Source: Chitinophaga pinensis (GTDB lineage: Bacteria; Bacteroidota; Bacteroidia; NS11-12g; UBA955). From it: a DNA stretch of 64,000 bases. How positions within the stretch are numbered: the stretch's first letter is position 1; every line of letters starts with the position of its first letter. The DNA is taken from NCBI GenBank assembly GCA_945888525.1, contig CAMDAF010000009.1, positions 13,276 through 77,275 of the forward strand, read 5' to 3'. Positions 58,827 through 64,000 of this stretch are shown in pieces. The notes below the pieces were generated by a model. That model made no database searches, was not told the DNA's origin, and worked only from the letters and a program-made list of their open reading frames with translations. The translations under genes and the position numbers were made by a program.

Positions 58827-60002
58827 ATGAATACAATTCTATTTGACGACCAAGAAGTTTCCCATCTTTATCCTTTTACGTTAACAAGACCAGCAGCAGA
58901 AATACGCTGCGGAATTTTAACCATTGCGGAGAAATGGAACCTATGTCTCGCTGCCGATATTTCTTATATCTGTGCCAAGCATCTTTCTGGCAAATTTCCT
59001 GTAAAGCCGGACGCTGAAAATTTATTCATCAACAGCCGTTTGCTGCCCGATACCGCTTTGTTGTCGGCCATTCAAGCCCTGGCTAATGGCGAGTGTTTGA
59101 AAAGCAACAGCACCATACTTGCTTATCGTGGTGCTCAATTGGCCGAAGCTGAGCAAGCCAAGTCTGTACAATACAAGGGCGAATTTTATCAAATATCCCA
59201 CATCCACAATATCTTTTCGTTCAACCACCATCAAATCAATCTCGATTTTGAACGCATAACGAACACTAGGGCTTCGCAAACTTTAAGTTCCACCAATACC
59301 GTTATTGGCAAACATCCTATCTTCCTTGAAGAGGGTGCCAAGGCGGAAGCTTCTGTGTTTAATGCCACTGACGGACCAATTTATTTGGGTAAAAATTCGG
59401 AGGTTATGGAAGGTGCTTTAATCCGTGGTCCTTTTGCGCTTTGCGAATCAGCTGGCATTAAAATGGGTGCGAAGATTTACAATGGCACCACTGTTGGTCC
59501 ACACAGCAAAGTTGGAGGAGAGGTGAGCAATTCGGTGATATTTGGGTATTCAAACAAGGGGCATGACGGTTTTTTAGGCAATTCTGTTTTGGGTGAATGG
59601 TGCAACCTTGGTGCCGATACCAACAACAGCAATTTAAAAAACAATTATGAGATTGTGAAATTATGGAATTATCAAACCGAGCGTTTTGAGAAAACAGGTT
59701 TGCAGTTTTGCGGCCTCTTTATGGGCGACCACAGCAAATGTGGCATCAATACCATGTTCAATACCGGAACCGTGGTTGGTGTATCTGCCAATATCTTCGG
59801 TTCGGGCTTTCCGCGCAATTTCGTTCCTTCCTTCAGTTGGGGCGGTGCACAAGGCTTCGAAACATATACGCCTGCTAAGGCCTTTCAAACGGCCGAATTG
59901 GTGATGCAAAGACGACATATTGAATTATCAGAAGACGATAAAAACATATTAAATTACATTTATACACTAGAATCTAAGTTTAGAAATTGGGAAAAATCAT
60001 GA
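58827..60002 (+). CDS. GlmU-like putative sugar nucleotidyltransferase / left-handed beta-helix acyltransferase (Bacteroidota-type)
   Basis: N-terminal nucleotidyltransferase-like half. C-terminal hexapeptide repeats (…IYLGKNSEVMEGALIRGPFALCESAGIKMGAKIYNGTTVGPHSKVGGEVSNSVIFGY…). Confidence 0.6.
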   Translation: MNTILFDDQEVSHLYPFTLTRPAAEIRCGILTIAEKWNLCLAADISYICAKHLSGKFPVKPDAENLFINSRLLPDTALLSAIQALANGECLKSNSTILAYRGAQLAEAEQAKSVQYKGEFYQISHIHNIFSFNHHQINLDFERITNTRASQTLSSTNTVIGKHPIFLEEGAKAEASVFNATDGPIYLGKNSEVMEGALIRGPFALCESAGIKMGAKIYNGTTVGPHSKVGGEVSNSVIFGYSNKGHDGFLGNSVLGEWCNLGADTNNSNLKNNYEIVKLWNYQTERFEKTGLQFCGLFMGDHSKCGINTMFNTGTVVGVSANIFGSGFPRNFVPSFSWGGAQGFETYTPAKAFQTAELVMQRRHIELSEDDKNILNYIYTLESKFRNWEKS

Positions 60003-60757
60003 AAAGACAAAAAATTGCCGCTGGCAACTGGAAAATGCATAAAACCTTTGAAGAAGGTCAAGGCTTAGCTCAAGAAATTAGAACCATGGCAGCCACTGAA
60101 GTAATGCCAGAAGCGAAATTGTTAATATTCCCGCCTTACATCCACCTGCAAGCCATTGCCAAACAATTGGCGGGTTCAGGTATTGGTGTAGGTGCTCAAA
60201 ACATCAACCAAAACGAACAAGGTGCTTTTACAGGTGAAGTTTCAGCTGCTATGTTAAAGTCTATCGACATCCACTACACCCTTGTTGGGCATAGTGAGAG
60301 AAGACAATACTACAACGAAATCAATGCGTCTTGTGCGACTAAAATCGAAACATCTATAAAGCACAACATTGTACCGGTATATTGTATCGGCGAGACTTTG
60401 GCAGAGCGCGAAGCCAATGCACATTTTGACATTGTTAAGCAACAACTTTCGGCTATGAATGGCTTGAGCAACGATGATGCTGCTAAATGTATTTTGGCTT
60501 ACGAACCCGTTTGGGCTATTGGCACAGGCGTTACGGCTTCTGCGGAGCAAGCAAACGAAATGCACATACACATCCGCAAAGCTGTGGCCAGCATGTTTAA
60601 CGAAGAGATTGCTTCAGGCATTTCTATCCTATACGGAGGAAGTGTTAAACCAGACAATGCCAAGTCATTGTTTGCGATGTCTGACATCGATGGTGCTTTA
60701 ATCGGAGGCGCTGCTTTGGCTTCTCGCGATTTTATCGACATCGCTAAATCGTTCTAA
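59999..60757 (+). CDS. tpiA: triosephosphate isomerase (start ATG at 59999 overlaps upstream TGA)
   Basis: IAAGNWKMHKT, YCIGETLAEREA and AYEPVWAIGTG motifs. Confidence 0.92.
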   Translation: MKRQKIAAGNWKMHKTFEEGQGLAQEIRTMAATEVMPEAKLLIFPPYIHLQAIAKQLAGSGIGVGAQNINQNEQGAFTGEVSAAMLKSIDIHYTLVGHSERRQYYNEINASCATKIETSIKHNIVPVYCIGETLAEREANAHFDIVKQQLSAMNGLSNDDAAKCILAYEPVWAIGTGVTASAEQANEMHIHIRKAVASMFNEEIASGISILYGGSVKPDNAKSLFAMSDIDGALIGGAALASRDFIDIAKSF

Positions 60758-60774
60758 TAAAAATATTCAATAGT

Positions 60775-60815
60775 AAAAAAGTCCCGACCATTATTGTCGG
60801 GACTTTTTTGTTTTT
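60775..60815. terminator. rho-independent terminator after tpiA
   Basis: AAAAAAGTCCCGAC-cattatt-GTCGGGACTTTTTT (9-bp stem). It uses the same GTCCCGA/TCGGGAC stem as the rpmE terminator. Confidence 0.6.
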
Positions 60816-60913
60816 AGGTATTTGGAAAGTGAGAATTAGAATACTACTCCAAAATCAACCTGGCCAATAGATTCAAGCAAAGCGATACTGCTTAAACCCT
60901 ACCTTGGACATGC

Positions 60914-61357
60914 TTAGTTCAAATTGGCAGGAAAGTTATTCTGTATATATAATCTGAAAGATTCTTTAAACTTCTTTGTGTTTTCAGGGTTATCAAACCA
61001 TTTTCTGTGTAAAGAATTTTCTACCTCAATAACAACTGACCAAGTTTTCATTAGTTCATCATCTCCCTTATCAAAAATAGTTTCACAGAAATTCCAACTT
61101 ATAAATGCATAAATTTCGTATTTAATTTTTTCGTTTTCTAAAAATGAATTTAAATAATCATTGGTTAAAATAGGATTTCGAAAAGATGGGTTTTCCATTC
61201 CTGTTTTTAAAATATCTAAATAGGTTGCATCAAAAATATCATATGAATTACTGGATTTATCCTTATACCACATAATTATGTACAGTAAAATTGCGATTCC
61301 AGCTAAAATTGTTGCAGTAGAACTAACTATTAAGTTCCAAAATTCGATTGTTGTCAT
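60914..61357 (-). CDS. hypothetical small protein with N-terminal TM helix (AT-rich islet gene 2)
   Basis: 147 aa. TM LIVSSTATILAGIAILLYIIMWY, then a soluble domain. Codons are very AT-rich. Its ATG overlaps the TGA of the upstream GNAT gene (ATGA at 61354-61357). Confidence 0.4.
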   Translation of the reverse strand: MTTIEFWNLIVSSTATILAGIAILLYIIMWYKDKSSNSYDIFDATYLDILKTGMENPSFRNPILTNDYLNSFLENEKIKYEIYAFISWNFCETIFDKGDDELMKTWSVVIEVENSLHRKWFDNPENTKKFKESFRLYIQNNFPANLN

Positions 61358-62028
61358 AAAATGATTTTATTGCTAAATGTAATTTGATTAGGTGTATTTT
61401 TTAAGATTGAAATCAATAAATTGTTGTTTTCTGTTTTCCCATACAAATCTAAATAAAGTCGCTTAATTAATGGTTCTATTTTATCAAATTCAATCATGTC
61501 TTTTTCATATTTAGGCGATATCATAAGCAACATTTCGGTTGTTTCAGTGTCATCTAAAGAGGGCAGTATATATGGGACTTCGTTTAAAACGTAGGCCCCG
61601 TTTTTTATATAAAAGTTAATTCTTTTTTTCCTTAGATCTTTGTTGTCTCCGAATAGATGATTTTCAACTTCAATGACCATGTATTTTTTGCTGGTATTTA
61701 TCGTATGAGTTAGGTGTTTAAATAACTCAGTGCCGAATTGATTGTTTCTATATTCTTTGGCAACCGCTAGATAATCCAAAAGCACAAATTCCAAGTCTTT
61801 AAAGTCCCACAACAAAGCCATACACGTAACATCTTCATTCAGAAGGCCAACAAATAATCTAGATTTCGATTCAATTATTCTTTTTTTAATTAATGATAAT
61901 GGCTGTTTTTCGTTAGAAGGGAAAGCTTCATCATAGATATTCATTGCATTTGCAAAATGAATGTCTTTAATGTCTAATATTTCATGAAACGATGGTTTTG
62001 TGTTGTTTTTTAATTTATCATTTGTCAT
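61354..62028 (-). CDS. GNAT-family N-acetyltransferase-like protein (AT-rich islet gene 1)
   Basis: 224 aa. ...FVLLDYLAVAKEYRNNQFGTELFKHL... fits GNAT motif A (acetyl-CoA binding R/Q-x-x-G-x-G/A), with a preceding beta-strand pattern. Much lower GC than neighbouring genes. Confidence 0.55.
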   Translation of the reverse strand: MTNDKLKNNTKPSFHEILDIKDIHFANAMNIYDEAFPSNEKQPLSLIKKRIIESKSRLFVGLLNEDVTCMALLWDFKDLEFVLLDYLAVAKEYRNNQFGTELFKHLTHTINTSKKYMVIEVENHLFGDNKDLRKKRINFYIKNGAYVLNEVPYILPSLDDTETTEMLLMISPKYEKDMIEFDKIEPLIKRLYLDLYGKTENNNLLISILKNTPNQITFSNKIIL

Positions 62029-62236
62029 TTGTGAAATATTTTAAACTTTTCATAACGTTTTGTGTCCTAAAGATGCTGGGGTTTCGTTAAATCCGAAACC
62101 ATTCTTAAAAAACAAAGTGTCAAAAGTACAAAACTTTATATGAAGTCCAAAACCAGCAATGAAGCCTTAAACGGTATCTGCCATGGCTGCACCCATTTAT
62201 GTAACAAAGCCAGAAAGACGGCCTTCTGCCATGCCA

Positions 62237-64000
62237 CTACCTCAACAACGTCACCGTTCCCTCATAGGTGTATTCTTCGCCATCAAATGCAGCTACTTTA
62301 ATCACCCATAGGTAAACGTCCTGTTGTACATCTTCGCCACGCGACTTGCCATCCCAAGAGGCATGCTTGTCGCTGCTTTCCCATAACTTCTCGCCCCAAC
62401 GGTTTAAGATTTGTATGTGGAACGATTTCTCGCCGTTTACAACCGCTTTAAATACGTTGTTGTCCTTCGGTCCTGTACCCTCGGGGCTAAACGCGGTTGG
62501 AACAAACACCGTTACGTCTGGATCAATTTCACGCACCTGGCCTAAGCTGTCTGAACAAGTCAAACCACCATAAGAAATCGTTGAGGTTAACACCACTCTG
62601 TATTTCATGGTGTCGGCAGGGTAGCTGTGTATCGGGTTTTTTGCTGTGCTGGTATCGTCAGGGTCGCTGCTTCCAAAATGCCAATTGTAGTCTATAGCAG
62701 CAGGGCTGATCCAACGTGTTTTGGTTTCGTTAAAGAATCTGAATTTAGGGAAGGCCACCGTGGTGTAATATCCAGGGTCGCTGCTAAAGCCTGCTTTTGG
62801 CATTGGCAATACTTTGATAAAGTCTAAGGAGTCTCTGGTAATCGGACAAGTCTCATTTGAGCCCACACCCCATTGGTTGTCTATCCTTAAAGTAACATCA
62901 TACCAATTGCGGTTTGCTGTATCATAACGGATGCCAAGTGGTGCCGCATTCAACGATTGGTTTAAGGTCTGTCCATTGCCAAAATCCCAGGTATAGGTTA
63001 GTTTGCTAGACCCTAATGGTTTTCTCACCAAGCTTTGGAAGTTGACCACGGCTGGTTCGCATTGTAAGGTCGGATCGGCGGTAAAGTCAAACTGAGGATA
63101 AGGTTCTATAATCAAATTGATTTCGTCCTTGGCTTGCGGACAAACGCCAAGCTTATCGGTCTTGATGGTCAAAATAACTTTACCCGCCAAATCATTGATG
63201 CCGGTATCTTTCAATCCGTGCTTGTAGATGCTGATTAAGTTTTTATCGTCGCTAAATTGTCCATCACCATTATGGCTCCATGTAATAGAGTTGGCCCAGT
63301 TTTTTGTTGCCGTTAAGTTAAAATCTATGCCCTCACATTGTTGGTAAGGCTTTTTATTGCCAATAAGCACTTCGGGTTGCGACTGTATCAATATTTTTTG
63401 AGAGTCAGATGCGGTGCAAGTGGTTAAAGGATTTGAGTATTCAAACTTAACGCTTATCGGTCCTTCGTATAATTTGGTTTTGCTGCTAATGCTTGGGTCA
63501 AATTTTCGCATGCTCACGCCTTTGCCTGACCATGTGCCAACATTTCCAACTGGTAATATATTGTTCAACGTAAATGCTGCGGCGCTCGAACATACGGTAT
63601 CAGGAACATCAATTTGTATAATCGGCAAGCCGTTTACCATTATCTCAGTGCTGTCCGTTACCGGGCATCCACTCGATACATCAGTGAGTTTTAATAGGTA
63701 TTGTCCTGCGCCATATTTAGGGTCAAAGTACTTTTTACTCTTTACAGAATTTAAAATCTTAGGTGCAACGTTCGGATTGCTTAAATCTCTAGAACCTGCA
63801 TATTCAATGGTTTCCCAAGTGCCATAAGGGAATCTGTTGCCGGTGTTTTTATCGACAACAAAACTGTCCAAAGCCAACAATGGGTAATTGATACATTGTT
63901 TGTTGAATTCAGTGAATTGTATTTCTGGCAAGCGAATCACAAAAACATTGGCCGTATCGCAAGTTTGGCAACCGGTTATGGCATCTTTGAAACAGTATTC
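62237..64000 (-). CDS. T9SS type B C-terminal domain surface protein, 3' portion only (gene continues beyond the right end of the window)
   Basis: The frame stays open to position 64000 (…EYCFKDAITGCQTCDTANVFVIRLPEIQF…). C-terminus ...VFVPTAFSPEGTGPKDNNVFKAVVNGEKSFHIQILNRWGEKLWESSDKHASWDGKSRGEDVQQDVYLWVIKVAAFDGEEYTYEGTVTLLR. Collinear paralog (~70-80% aa identity) of the C-terminal ~590 aa of the 3133-7758 protein. Confidence 0.75.
   Translation of the reverse strand, partial: EYCFKDAITGCQTCDTANVFVIRLPEIQFTEFNKQCINYPLLALDSFVVDKNTGNRFPYGTWETIEYAGSRDLSNPNVAPKILNSVKSKKYFDPKYGAGQYLLKLTDVSSGCPVTDSTEIMVNGLPIIQIDVPDTVCSSAAAFTLNNILPVGNVGTWSGKGVSMRKFDPSISSKTKLYEGPISVKFEYSNPLTTCTASDSQKILIQSQPEVLIGNKKPYQQCEGIDFNLTATKNWANSITWSHNGDGQFSDDKNLISIYKHGLKDTGINDLAGKVILTIKTDKLGVCPQAKDEINLIIEPYPQFDFTADPTLQCEPAVVNFQSLVRKPLGSSKLTYTWDFGNGQTLNQSLNAAPLGIRYDTANRNWYDVTLRIDNQWGVGSNETCPITRDSLDFIKVLPMPKAGFSSDPGYYTTVAFPKFRFFNETKTRWISPAAIDYNWHFGSSDPDDTSTAKNPIHSYPADTMKYRVVLTSTISYGGLTCSDSLGQVREIDPDVTVFVPTAFSPEGTGPKDNNVFKAVVNGEKSFHIQILNRWGEKLWESSDKHASWDGKSRGEDVQQDVYLWVIKVAAFDGEEYTYEGTVTLLR

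Noticed and set aside
243-60741. Dozens of 60-160 aa ORFs in the six-frame track antisense to or nested in the large genes (e.g. 243-551, 3160-3459, 26897-27382, 28582-29166, 47040-47438, 49127-49630, 57816-58283)
   Set aside because: All lie inside longer ORFs that have clear family signatures and have low-complexity/odd composition. Treated as frame-shadow ORFs.
1-64000. CRISPR arrays, rRNA/tRNA genes, IS elements or prophage genes
   Set aside because: No regularly spaced direct repeats, no rRNA-like conserved blocks, no transposase/integrase-like ORFs and no phage structural genes seen. The only compositional islands are the 60.9-62.0 kb AT-rich islet and the GC-rich flanks of the 45-48 kb cassette.

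Overview
The window looks like a chromosomal segment from a Bacteroidota genome, probably a gliding Flavobacteriia, Cytophagia or Sphingobacteriia type. It is AT-rich and has no Shine-Dalgarno signals. Many gene boundaries show ATGA start/stop overlaps, and terminators are hairpins followed by T-runs. Clear housekeeping genes are citrate synthase, HtpG, thioredoxin, Mpl, TrpRS, deoxynucleoside kinase, SSB, DnaG, a ParE/ParC-like pair, L31, TpiA and an acyl-CoA carboxyltransferase. Interleaved with these are five genes for secreted or surface proteins carrying type IX secretion (T9SS) C-terminal sorting domains. Four are giant proteins with the type B (gliding motility-associated) domain and one carries the type A domain. 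The first ~11 kb reads as one co-directional block: a partial ECF sigma factor, an anti-sigma-like protein with an outer-membrane beta-barrel C-terminus, a type A cargo, then two tandem giant type B cargos that share an N-terminal domain. The C-terminal ~600 aa of the first giant recurs as a diverged paralog in a gene that runs off the right end of the window. The most unusual locus is a tight minus-strand operon at 44.9-48.1 kb encoding an M48 metallopeptidase plus three tandem AIM24/TIGR00266-family paralogs. This operon is bracketed by G-tract (G-quadruplex/telomere-like) motifs and by GC-rich islands that share short inverted motifs. A second candidate is a very AT-rich two-gene islet (a GNAT acetyltransferase plus a small membrane protein, 60.9-62.0 kb) between tpiA and the last giant adhesin gene. 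I saw no rRNA, tRNA, CRISPR array or transposase. Coordinates of small features (hairpins, repeats) are approximate to a few nt.
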